Part shown: piece by piece, positions 46,571-55,111 of the stretch
How the letters are laid out: every line of letters starts with the position of its first letter
How positions within the stretch are numbered: position 1 is the first letter of the stretch
DNA from: Candidatus Choladousia intestinavium
GTDB lineage: Bacteria; Bacillota; Clostridia; Lachnospirales; Lachnospiraceae
Direction: 5' to 3'
NCBI GenBank assembly: GCA_018712785.1
Contig: DVGK01000112.1
Coordinates: 399-64,398, forward strand
DNA length: 64,000 nucleotides
Notes under the pieces: model-generated
What the model was told of the DNA's origin: nothing
Seen by the model: only the letters and a program-made list of their open reading frames with translations
Database searches by the model: none
Made by a program: the position numbers and the translations under genes

Positions 46571-48544
46571 TTAATTGTAGAAACGATTTAAAATCCATAA
46601 GAAATACATTCCGGCAGAAAAGGCGGAGACGGAAAAAAGTCCTCTGTGATAAAGAGCCAGCCAGACAGGGCTTTTTTTGGCCTTCTGGTACAGAGACAAA
46701 GCTGTGAGAACGGCAGGCAGAACCAGAAAGAAGCCGAAATCTGTGTAGTAGCGATGGAGAATGCCGGCCATTTCTATATCCGCGCATACCACCACAAGCC
46801 CCAGAGCCAGGGAGGCCAGGGCGAAAGCCCCAAGCCCCAGAGTCTTCAGCTGATTCTTTGCCCGTCTGAAGCCGCAAAGAATCAGAAGAAGCGGATGAAA
46901 CCAGAGAAAGCCTCCGAACATAGACTCCAGAATCGTAACGCCCTGATATGTGTTTGAAGTGCTCACACGCTGCATAAAGGGATATACAGAGTTTATAGAG
47001 GGCGGCTGCAGCAGGTAGGTAAATAGTCCAAAGGGCAGCCGGTCCAGGTGGAAGCCTCTGGCTGTCATATCGTTGGTGGTCAGGTTATAGTTTGCCCCAA
47101 AATCAAAAGGAGATCCGAAGCGGGCGTAATTATAATACATAAGAAAGGCCGCTGTAATCACATAGGGCAGGACGGCCGGCAGCAGGCTTTTGAGGATCGC
47201 CTTTTTCAGAACGGAATTTCTGCCGAAAAGGGCCCGTATAGAAGGCCAGAACAAAGGAACGGCCAGCAGGCTTCCGACCAGCATCTGGGGCCGGCAGGCG
47301 GCTACCAGGGCCATGCACAGAGCTCCCGCCGCAAGAGGACGGGCCTTCAGGGCGCCGGACTCTTCCCGGGCATTCAGCCAGAAATAAAATCCCCAGATGG
47401 TAAGCGCGGCGCCCAGGGAAATCGGCATGTTGTAAAAGGTAGGATTCTCCACTACCAGGAAAAACCCGCTTCCTGCCAGCAGGCAGAAATCCAGAAGCAG
47501 GAAGGCGCCCAGGGAAAGTTTTTTAAAGTATCTGGTTACAAGAGCATCCAGCAGAAAAAAGATGCCGATCGACATGAAACAAGCGTTAATCAGCACTCCC
47601 AGATACGTGGGGAAAGCGGTTCCCGTCACCAGATACCAGGGAAGGTAATAAAGGAATACCGGAAGAATGCCGAAATAACAGTAATACCTTCCGTTATAAT
47701 AAGCGGTATCCCAGATAGAGGAGACGGAATCGGCCTTCCGCTGCCGGTAATCATACGGATTCTCCATGGCCTGCAGCTCCTGTGACGGCTCGTCGTCCAG
47801 GTAGAAATGCCCTTCTGTAAGTGCGACAGCCAGCTTGTGATACTGCTGATGATGGGTCCAGGGCGGATCCACATAGTCCGGATTGAAGGTACCGATTCCC
47901 ACGGCCAGAAGGACCTGGGAGAGAAGCAGAAACAAAATCCAGCCGGTCTGCAGCCGTCCCCTTAAAGAATATGCGGCCGTATACAGGACAGAACCGGGAC
48001 GGAGAAAAAACAGAAGCAGCAGAAGCCCGTACACCGCGAAAAAGCGCAGCGGGGAGAAAAAAAGGGGGCGCCCGGTATTCAGCTTTATGGTTCCTATATG
48101 GTAAGAACTGTATAGGCTTGAGTTAATGGTGATTTTCAGGCTTTTCGCGTCGCCGGATAGATTCAGCCGGATATATTTTGTACTTTCATCATTGGGATCA
48201 ATGGTCAGGGAGGGGAGGTCGTAGTACTGGTTATTCCCCTGATCTCTGGCCGATATGGTGACGGAAAGCGTGCTGACCGGGTCTTCCGTGGCGCGCAGAT
48301 CCAGGTACAGATTCTGGACGGAGGTATTGAGATCATCCAGAAGAATGTATGGCTCCGAGCTGGAGGACAGGTCGAAGAGAACGCTGCCGTCTTCCTGCAC
48401 AGTGCTTCCGGCGCTGTACGCGGTGACGGGGGAGAGCTCCTCCGGAAAGAAAAAAGATTCAAAAGTACGAAAATTAAAAACAAATAATTCAATCACGAGA
48501 GCGGCAAATGCCAGCAGGGTGTAAATGCTTTTCAAGTACTTCAT
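46571..48544 (-). CDS. 657-aa polytopic membrane protein, GT-C-fold-like putative glycosyltransferase with N-terminal extracytoplasmic domain
   Basis: One TM, then about 170 aa of Ser/Thr/Asn-rich soluble segment, then more than 10 TM segments. The loop HQQYHKLAVALTEGHFYLDDEP...NPYDYRQR...WDTAYYNGRYYCYFGILP is typical of lipid-linked-sugar transferases. 11-nt gap to the GT2 gene. Confidence 0.6.
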   Translation of the reverse strand: MKYLKSIYTLLAFAALVIELFVFNFRTFESFFFPEELSPVTAYSAGSTVQEDGSVLFDLSSSSEPYILLDDLNTSVQNLYLDLRATEDPVSTLSVTISARDQGNNQYYDLPSLTIDPNDESTKYIRLNLSGDAKSLKITINSSLYSSYHIGTIKLNTGRPLFFSPLRFFAVYGLLLLLFFLRPGSVLYTAAYSLRGRLQTGWILFLLLSQVLLAVGIGTFNPDYVDPPWTHHQQYHKLAVALTEGHFYLDDEPSQELQAMENPYDYRQRKADSVSSIWDTAYYNGRYYCYFGILPVFLYYLPWYLVTGTAFPTYLGVLINACFMSIGIFFLLDALVTRYFKKLSLGAFLLLDFCLLAGSGFFLVVENPTFYNMPISLGAALTIWGFYFWLNAREESGALKARPLAAGALCMALVAACRPQMLVGSLLAVPLFWPSIRALFGRNSVLKKAILKSLLPAVLPYVITAAFLMYYNYARFGSPFDFGANYNLTTNDMTARGFHLDRLPFGLFTYLLQPPSINSVYPFMQRVSTSNTYQGVTILESMFGGFLWFHPLLLILCGFRRAKNQLKTLGLGAFALASLALGLVVVCADIEMAGILHRYYTDFGFFLVLPAVLTALSLYQKAKKSPVWLALYHRGLFSVSAFSAGMYFLWILNRFYN

Positions 48545-48562
48545 AGTCTGTCTCCATGATCG

Positions 48563-48599
48563 GCCATCTGTCTGCCAAAGCGCCGGCGAGACAGATGGC
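48563..48599 (-). promoter_or_regulatory. Perfect 11-bp inverted repeat in the 5' UTR of the 657-aa membrane protein gene
   Basis: GCCATCTGTCT (48563-48573) / AGACAGATGGC (48589-48599), 15-nt loop. One arm shares AGACAGA with the SD region GGAGACAGAC (48546-48555, minus strand). Confidence 0.4.
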
Positions 48600-48843
48600 G
48601 GGGGTTTGATTCTTCTGGCAAGTATACCATCTTGCACCTGGTCTTACAATCTGAAAATCGGCCCTGAATGTAAAATTCACTAAAAATTCGATAATCTTAA
48701 GAAAATCTGAAGTTTTAAAAAGGGGACTTGAAAATATTTTCCAAATGAAATAGCATCCAGAGTCAGAAACAGGAGGGTACCGGGAGTGAACGCGGAAGAG
48801 CCGCGCCGGCTTCGGGAGGAAGACCATAAAAGGAGAAAGATTT

Positions 48844-51642
48844 ATGGACATTCAGTTTTTGACAGAAAAAAGACGAAAAAATATTTCCCCTTATGTAATT
48901 TATACACTTTGTTTCACAGCTGTTTCGGCAGCCGTCTTCTCCTGGTTTTTCCTGAACGGGAAGACCTTTATCTGGAAGGAGACGGACGGGATGACTCAGC
49001 ATTTTAACGCCCTTGTCTATTACCGGTCCTGGCTGAGAGAGCTTCTGGAAAATCTGTTTGTGAAGCGTCAGGCGGAGATTCCCATGTGGAACTGGAATGT
49101 GGGATACGGGGCGGATGTCATTACAACCTTTCATTATTATGTACTGGGTGATCCCTTAAATCTGTTCAGCGTACTGGTGCCCTTAAACGCCATGGAAGCT
49201 TTTTACGGCGGACTGATCCTGCTGAGGATCTGGCTGGCAGGGATGGCGTTCCTGGCATGGTGTGGCAGCGTGGGAGAGAAAAGCGCCTGGGCGGCCGGGG
49301 GAGCGCTGATCTATTCCTTTAATTTCTGGACGATTATGGCGGGAGTGCGTCATCCTTTTTTTATGAACCCGCTGATCTACTTTCCCCTGATCTTAATGGG
49401 AATTGACCGGATTTTTAAGAAGGGAAAACCGTATCTGTTTATAGGGATGACGGCTCTGTGCGCGGTAAGCAATTTCTATTTCTTCTATATGATCTGCGTT
49501 CTCATGTTCTTTTATGCGGTTGGGAGGTATCTGTCCTGGTTCAGGCCTGTACGTCTCAGGGAGCTTCTGGGATGGTTTCTGAAATTCGTCCTGTACTTTC
49601 TGGTGGGAACAGCCATCTCAGCGGTGATTCTGCTTCCTGTGGCTCTGGTCATGGTTCATTCCGGAAGGGCAGAGGCCGGAGCTGTGGTCAGGGCTTTTTA
49701 TCCGGCTCTTTATTACTGGAAATTCCCGGCGGCATTTCTCACGGGGCAGGCAGGATATTGGAACAAGATGGGATATACGGCCTTCGGAGTGCTGGCAGTT
49801 CTCCAGCTGTTTTTGAAGAAAAAAAGAGGAGGGAACCTGAAGAAGGCGTTCCTTTTCATGACCCTTCTTCTGCTGATCCCCTGGTGCGGCCATATTCTCA
49901 ACGGCTTTTCCTATGTGACAAACCGGTTTGTCTGGGCGTACGGAATGCTGAACGGTTATATTTTTGTAAAAATCTTTCCGGAGCTTCTGACCCTTAGCAG
50001 AAAGGAAAAGATACGGCTGACCGCAGGAACGGGAATCTACTGCGGCGTATGCTTCATCAACCGGGAGACAAGGACGGAATTCGTACTGGCCGCCATGGTT
50101 CCCCTGTGCTTTCTGCTGATCTTTCTGCTTCTGGCGGAAAAGGACTGGGTGCAGGCTTACAGGCGCAGACTCAAAGGGGTACTGCTGTCTGCTCTCTGTC
50201 TTTGTCTGGTTCTCCAGGGAAGCTATAAATATTCTCCGGCGGAGCAGGACTACATTTCGGAATTCGAAAATCAGGGAGATGCTCTGAAGGACCTGACAGA
50301 GAATACTCCGGGCAGCCTTATAAAAGAAGTGAAGGATGAAGGGGTGTGGAGGTATGACTCCGGCAGTACGGGAGAGATCTATAATAACGGCCTGCAGCAG
50401 GAGGCCATGCGGGTGAATTTCTACTGGAGCCTGGCGGACGGCACGGTAAACCGGTTTCAGAGAGAAATGTATCTGAACACCCAGCAGGATCACAAGTATG
50501 ACGGACTGGACGGAAGGATGGCCCTGGAGGCTCTGGCGGGAGTCCGGTATTATGTGATTCCGGCGGGCGAAAAGGGGTACCTTCCCTATGGCTATGACAG
50601 ACTGGTCCTCCAAGGCGAGGCGGGAAACGGAAAGACGTATTCTGTGTATGAAAATCCGGACAGCCTTCCCTTCGCCTATACCTGCTCTTCCTATATTCCA
50701 AGGAAGGATTACGAGAAGATGACGGTACTGCAGAAGCAGCAGGCTCTTCTTCAGGGAGCTGTGACAGAAAAGGCTCCCCGGTCAAAAGAGATCGGGAAAG
50801 CCTCTCCCATCTTTACAGAGAGCCTTCCTGAATACACGGTAAAAGAAGGGGAGGGACTTACCTGGAAGGAGGGAAAGGTGACGGTGGAGCAGGAAGGAGC
50901 TGTTCTGACTCTGAACTTTCAGGGGATGCCGGACTGTGAGACGTATCTGATTCTGGAGGGGCTGGATTATCAGGATATAAATCCTGTGCGGCTATATTCA
51001 GAAGAGGAGCTGGACTCCATGGATGCTTATTCCAGAAACAAATTATACTCGGACAGCCGGGACTGGGAGGGAGCCCAGTCAGCCGTCCTGAAAATAAAGG
51101 GAGGCGAGACGGAGAAAAGACTGAAATATCTTACGCGGGAGAATTCGTTTTCCTCCGGAGTGGAGGATTATCTGATCAATGTGGGCTGCAGCCGGGAAGG
51201 TATTCACGAAATCACAGTGACGTTTCAGAATAAAGGAGTCTATACTTTTGACCGTTTGTATGTGGCCTGCCAGCCGGTACGGGCGATGAAAGAATGGACG
51301 AAGGAGCTGGGGGCGGAGACTCCGGAGATTCTGGAGCTTGAGGGAAATCGGGTGTATGCAGAAATGACCCTCTCGGAACCGAAGCTTCTGTGCTTTTCCA
51401 TTCCATATAATAAAGGATGGACGGCGTATGTGGACGGAGAAAAGGCAGAGATTCTTCCGACGAATACCATGAATCTGGCGGTAGAGCTGGGAGAAGGAGA
51501 GCATACCGTGGAACTGAGATACCAGACGCCGGGGCTTTCGGCAGGCGCGGCAGTTTCGGCGGGAGGCCTGATTTCTCTGGGAATTCTGGGAATTTGCCGG
51601 GGCAGGAGGAGGAAAACGAAAGAAAATCTTAAATTTGCTTGA
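48844..51642 (+). CDS. YfhO-family membrane protein (GT-C type glycosyltransferase), 932 aa
   Basis: TDGMTQHFNALVYYRSWL...WNWNVGYGADVITTFHYYVLGDPLNLFSVLVP matches YfhO N-terminal motifs. Many TMs, a large C-terminal extracytoplasmic domain and a final TM. Confidence 0.8.
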   Translation: MDIQFLTEKRRKNISPYVIYTLCFTAVSAAVFSWFFLNGKTFIWKETDGMTQHFNALVYYRSWLRELLENLFVKRQAEIPMWNWNVGYGADVITTFHYYVLGDPLNLFSVLVPLNAMEAFYGGLILLRIWLAGMAFLAWCGSVGEKSAWAAGGALIYSFNFWTIMAGVRHPFFMNPLIYFPLILMGIDRIFKKGKPYLFIGMTALCAVSNFYFFYMICVLMFFYAVGRYLSWFRPVRLRELLGWFLKFVLYFLVGTAISAVILLPVALVMVHSGRAEAGAVVRAFYPALYYWKFPAAFLTGQAGYWNKMGYTAFGVLAVLQLFLKKKRGGNLKKAFLFMTLLLLIPWCGHILNGFSYVTNRFVWAYGMLNGYIFVKIFPELLTLSRKEKIRLTAGTGIYCGVCFINRETRTEFVLAAMVPLCFLLIFLLLAEKDWVQAYRRRLKGVLLSALCLCLVLQGSYKYSPAEQDYISEFENQGDALKDLTENTPGSLIKEVKDEGVWRYDSGSTGEIYNNGLQQEAMRVNFYWSLADGTVNRFQREMYLNTQQDHKYDGLDGRMALEALAGVRYYVIPAGEKGYLPYGYDRLVLQGEAGNGKTYSVYENPDSLPFAYTCSSYIPRKDYEKMTVLQKQQALLQGAVTEKAPRSKEIGKASPIFTESLPEYTVKEGEGLTWKEGKVTVEQEGAVLTLNFQGMPDCETYLILEGLDYQDINPVRLYSEEELDSMDAYSRNKLYSDSRDWEGAQSAVLKIKGGETEKRLKYLTRENSFSSGVEDYLINVGCSREGIHEITVTFQNKGVYTFDRLYVACQPVRAMKEWTKELGAETPEILELEGNRVYAEMTLSEPKLLCFSIPYNKGWTAYVDGEKAEILPTNTMNLAVELGEGEHTVELRYQTPGLSAGAAVSAGGLISLGILGICRGRRRKTKENLKFA

Positions 51643-51747
51643 CAAAAGCAGGGAATCATATTACAATTACCTCGTAATCGAGTTGTAACAAAACTGTAAC
51701 AAATTTAACAGAAACGTAGCAGATGTTTCTGGAAGAGGAGGAAATTA

Positions 51748-53250
51748 ATGAGGAAGAATACTGGACGCACCATAATGTGCGCATTTTCAGCGCTTGCTGT
51801 ATCAGCGCTTGCGGGCATGACGGGGATGGCGCAGGAAGAATCCGATGTAATAGCGATTCCTTATGAACAGTCTGACGCATGGCAGGAGGTTGCCATGGTT
51901 AATGATGATACAGTGAGTACAGGGATAAATATCCGGGCGGCAGCCAGCGAGGACAGTGAAGTGATCGGCTATCTTTACAATGGTGGAGCGGCCTGGGTAA
52001 TTAATAAAGGTGATACCTGGACGGAGATCTATTCCGGAGGACTGACCGGCTTCGTGAAGAACGAGTACCTGATGTACGCGGACGAGGTGAAAGGTCTGGC
52101 CGATTATTACGGCCGGGAAGGCGTGACCACCACCTGGGATAATGTTCAGCTCTTCGCGGGAGCGGATGGAAGCTCTCAGGTACTGGAATATCTTGAGACA
52201 GGGGATTCCTTCATCCTGGCTGAAGACGGCGGCCATTGGCTGGGCGTTCAGTACGGGGCGGATGATCTTGCCTATGTGTCCTCTGAGGACGTAACGAGAG
52301 TGCTTCTGCTTGATACGGCAGTGTCTAAGGATGAGAGCTATACAGACAGCGGAGAGACGTATGCAGAGCCTGCCTATACGGAAGAGACATATACAGAAGA
52401 GACGTATACAGAAGATACTTCTTATACAGATACAGAAGGCACGGCGGATACCACTTACCAAGAGACAGAGCCTTCCTACACGGAGGACTATACAGATACC
52501 ACCGTTCAGACAGAGTATACGGAAGCGACAGAGACGCCGGTCTACACAGAGGAGACTTCAGCGGACACTTCCTATACAGAGGATACCTCTTCTGATGGAA
52601 CAGAGGATGTGATCGAGGATGACGGTTCCTACTACGACGCGGACTCTGATACATATTATGATGAGAACGGCAATGTGGTTTCAGAAACCTACAGCGCCGA
52701 TACTTATGTAGACGCTTCGGACTACGCGGATGCCGAAGCGGCGGCACAGGCGGCAGCAGAGTCTTATGCCCAGACAGAAACGTATGTGGAGACAGAAGCA
52801 TACGTGGCACAGACGGAAGCGTATACGGCACAGACGGAAGCACCCCAGACGGAAGCTCCTCAGACAGAGGCGCCCCAGACGGAGGCACCCCAGACAGAAG
52901 CCGTTTCCAGCAGCGCCGGCACAGACGATGTCAGCCTTCTGGCGGCCCTGATCTACTGCGAGGCAGGGAACCAGAGCTATGAAGGAATGGTGGCTGTAGG
53001 AGCCGTGGTTATGAACCGGGTGAACAGTCCGTCCTTCCCCAATACCATCAGTGAAGTTATCTATCAGAGCGGCCAGTTTACGCCCGCTTCCAGCGGAGCC
53101 CTGGCCAGTGCCCTGGCGAGCGGCGTCCCCAGCGCCTGCTATGAAGCAGCCAGCGCAGCCATTGCAGGAGAGAACCCGGTAGGAGGAGCCCTTTACTTCA
53201 ACACCGGTTCCGGACAAGGCATGAAGATCGGAGACCACCAGTTCTATTAA
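51748..53250 (+). CDS. Secreted cell-wall hydrolase: SH3-like repeats + acidic T/E/Y-rich linker + SleB/CwlJ-type (Hydrolase_2) domain
   Basis: Has a signal peptide. The C-terminal LLAALIYCEAGNQSYEGMVAVGAVVMNRVNSPSFPNTISEVIYQSGQFTP is the SleB-family signature. Confidence 0.85.
   Translation: MRKNTGRTIMCAFSALAVSALAGMTGMAQEESDVIAIPYEQSDAWQEVAMVNDDTVSTGINIRAAASEDSEVIGYLYNGGAAWVINKGDTWTEIYSGGLTGFVKNEYLMYADEVKGLADYYGREGVTTTWDNVQLFAGADGSSQVLEYLETGDSFILAEDGGHWLGVQYGADDLAYVSSEDVTRVLLLDTAVSKDESYTDSGETYAEPAYTEETYTEETYTEDTSYTDTEGTADTTYQETEPSYTEDYTDTTVQTEYTEATETPVYTEETSADTSYTEDTSSDGTEDVIEDDGSYYDADSDTYYDENGNVVSETYSADTYVDASDYADAEAAAQAAAESYAQTETYVETEAYVAQTEAYTAQTEAPQTEAPQTEAPQTEAPQTEAVSSSAGTDDVSLLAALIYCEAGNQSYEGMVAVGAVVMNRVNSPSFPNTISEVIYQSGQFTPASSGALASALASGVPSACYEAASAAIAGENPVGGALYFNTGSGQGMKIGDHQFY
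52831..52902 (+). repeat. In-frame 15-nt tandem repeat (QTEAP x about 4.6) inside the hydrolase linker
   Basis: The CAGACGGAAGCACCC unit is repeated with synonymous and near-synonymous changes. A second 15-nt repeat (YTEET) lies at about 52375-52420. Confidence 0.9.
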
Positions 53251-53291
53251 ACTCCATCGGTGGATGATGTAAACCAAATACCAGAACAGAG

Positions 53292-53334
53292 ATAAGGCTG
53301 CCCCGTCTGAAGACGGAAGGCAGCCTTATTTTTG
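53292..53334. terminator. Bidirectional terminator between convergent hydrolase and DUF4364 genes
   Basis: ATAAGGCTGCC ... GGCAGCCTTAT stem with an inner CCGTCT/AGACGG stem, followed by TTTTT. Confidence 0.75.
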
Positions 53335-53372
53335 CGGAAGAGGGGATTGTCTCTTTTTTACCAGCAAGGGCT

Positions 53373-53885
53373 TTACAGAAGTTCTTTCATTACAAACTCA
53401 TAGATGGCCTGGCATTTTGTGCGCCAGTTGGCGCAGACGGCTTTGGCCTGGGATTCATCCGGCACCGTAATGGTCAGGTCAATGGGATTGGAATGCTTTT
53501 CCTTTACCAGGCAGCGGACAGAATATTCGTTGGCTGTGTTTTTGTAGTAGTCAGCCAGAACAGATACCTCATCCCGAAGCTGCATTTTATTTTCTTTCAT
53601 GTACTCGTCGATCTCACTCCGGATGGCCGAGGAGATTCGCTTGTGAAAGTAAAGAAGCGTTTCTTCTCCGGATTCTGTCAGAGAAAAATACGAACTGTTC
53701 CGTATGGTTTCCTGGCGGATCAGCTTGGATTCTGTCAGCTCGGCCAGAACGGACTGGAGGGTAAAGTAGGTGGTATAGCCCTTATCCAGAATAAAAGAAG
53801 AGATCTGGGAGTTGGTCAGGGGAAAATCCACTTTATCCAGCATATAGAGAACGATGAGTTTGTATAATGTCAGAGGTTCAGACAT
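53373..53885 (-). CDS. DUF4364-family protein (putative winged-helix regulator)
   Basis: LTLYKLIVLYMLDKVDFPLTNSQISSFILDKGYTTYFTLQSVLAEL matches my recollection of DUF4364. Confidence 0.7.
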   Translation of the reverse strand: MSEPLTLYKLIVLYMLDKVDFPLTNSQISSFILDKGYTTYFTLQSVLAELTESKLIRQETIRNSSYFSLTESGEETLLYFHKRISSAIRSEIDEYMKENKMQLRDEVSVLADYYKNTANEYSVRCLVKEKHSNPIDLTITVPDESQAKAVCANWRTKCQAIYEFVMKELL

Positions 53886-54828
53886 TTAGAATTCCTCCTT
53901 TGTCAGTAAATGGGAAATATTTTCCCTGCCACGTGTTTTTTAGGCGAAAGGCAGAGTGGATGGCGTTGAGGACGCTGCGCTTCTGCAGGGTCCACCGGGG
54001 AGCCAGCAAAAGCTTCGCCGGACCGTCGCCGGTGAGCCTGTGAATGACGATGTCCGGATCCAGGCGCTCTGCGCATTTTATTACCATCTCAATATATTCT
54101 TCCTGGCTGGGAATAAAAAAGGGATTTTCCCGGTAAAGCTCAGCCAGATCGGTTCCCTCCAGAACGTGGAGAAGCTGCAGCTTAATGCCCTGGATCCCGG
54201 CATCATTGAGGTAATCAATCGTCTGCAGCATCTTGGCCTCTGTCTCTCCGGGAAGGTAAAGGATCACATGCGCGATCACCTCGATTCCCATACCCCTGAG
54301 ATTTTTTACCGCTTTTTCAAAACATTCCAGGAGATACCCCCTGCGGATCAGCAGCGCGGTTTCCTCGTGAATGGTCTGCAGTCCCAGTTCAACCCACACA
54401 GGTTTAATACGGTTCAGTCTATCCAGAAGTCCCAGAACATCGGGAGGCAGACAGTCCGGCCGGGTGGCGATGGAGAGAGCGGCGATCTCAGGATCCTGGA
54501 TAGCCTCTGTGAAGATTTTTTCCAGATATTCAACAGGAGCGTATGTATTTGTATAGGCCTGAAAATAGGCGATAAAAAGACGAACGGGACGCTTCTGCCG
54601 TATCATTGCTTTCTGGGCCTGAATCTGCTCGGAAACGGAGAGGACGGGAGAGGCGGCAAAATCACCGGAGCCTCCCGCGCTGCAGAAAATGCAGCCCCGC
54701 TGTCCCAGCGTTCCATCCCGGTTGGGACAGGTCATGCCTCCGTTCAGCGTAAGCCGGTAGACCTTTTCGCCGTAACGGCGGCGCATTTCATAATTCAGTG
54801 AATGGTAGGGCTTCTCATCCCATTTCAT
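53878..54828 (-). CDS. Radical SAM protein, TIGR01212 (YhcC-like) family
   Basis: LNGGMTCPNRDGTLGQRGCIFCS carries the CxxxxxxxxxxxCxxC cluster typical of TIGR01212. 8-nt overlap with the DUF4364 gene. Confidence 0.85.
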   Translation of the reverse strand: MKWDEKPYHSLNYEMRRRYGEKVYRLTLNGGMTCPNRDGTLGQRGCIFCSAGGSGDFAASPVLSVSEQIQAQKAMIRQKRPVRLFIAYFQAYTNTYAPVEYLEKIFTEAIQDPEIAALSIATRPDCLPPDVLGLLDRLNRIKPVWVELGLQTIHEETALLIRRGYLLECFEKAVKNLRGMGIEVIAHVILYLPGETEAKMLQTIDYLNDAGIQGIKLQLLHVLEGTDLAELYRENPFFIPSQEEYIEMVIKCAERLDPDIVIHRLTGDGPAKLLLAPRWTLQKRSVLNAIHSAFRLKNTWQGKYFPFTDKGGILNV

Positions 54829-55111
54829 GGAGGCAGGATCCTTTCTGGTTCGTATTTAAAAGCATTAAACCAAGTTTAACATAGTGAAGGAAATTTAGCA
54901 ATTTTTTTATCCTCTGCCAAAGACGGAAAAATTAAGAAAAGCCTAAATACCTGTAAATTGACAAATGTGTTGCAATCAACTATATTCTATATAAAAAGGA
55001 GCAGGCTTTGGAGTTGTCAGTCAAAGATCAGAGCTGCTTCAGGATAAAACAAAAAGAAAAAGTAAAAGCAGGAATTCAGAGTACGTTTAAGCATAGAAGG
55101 GAAGTATAGAA

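Noticed and set aside
46560-46877. 106-codon N-terminal extension of the GT2 ORF (45627-46877).
   Set aside because: The extension overlaps the 3' end of the upstream membrane-protein gene and is Arg/Gly/Ser-rich junk. ATG 46559 follows a GGAGGAAAAT-type SD and begins the conserved AVLIPCYNE motif.
52375-52902. Short tandem repeats here, and at 55251-55440 and 61843-61959, considered as possible CRISPR-like or VNTR non-coding arrays.
   Set aside because: All are in frame inside long ORFs and encode low-complexity acidic or charged linkers. There is no repeat-spacer architecture, no leader and no cas genes anywhere in the window.
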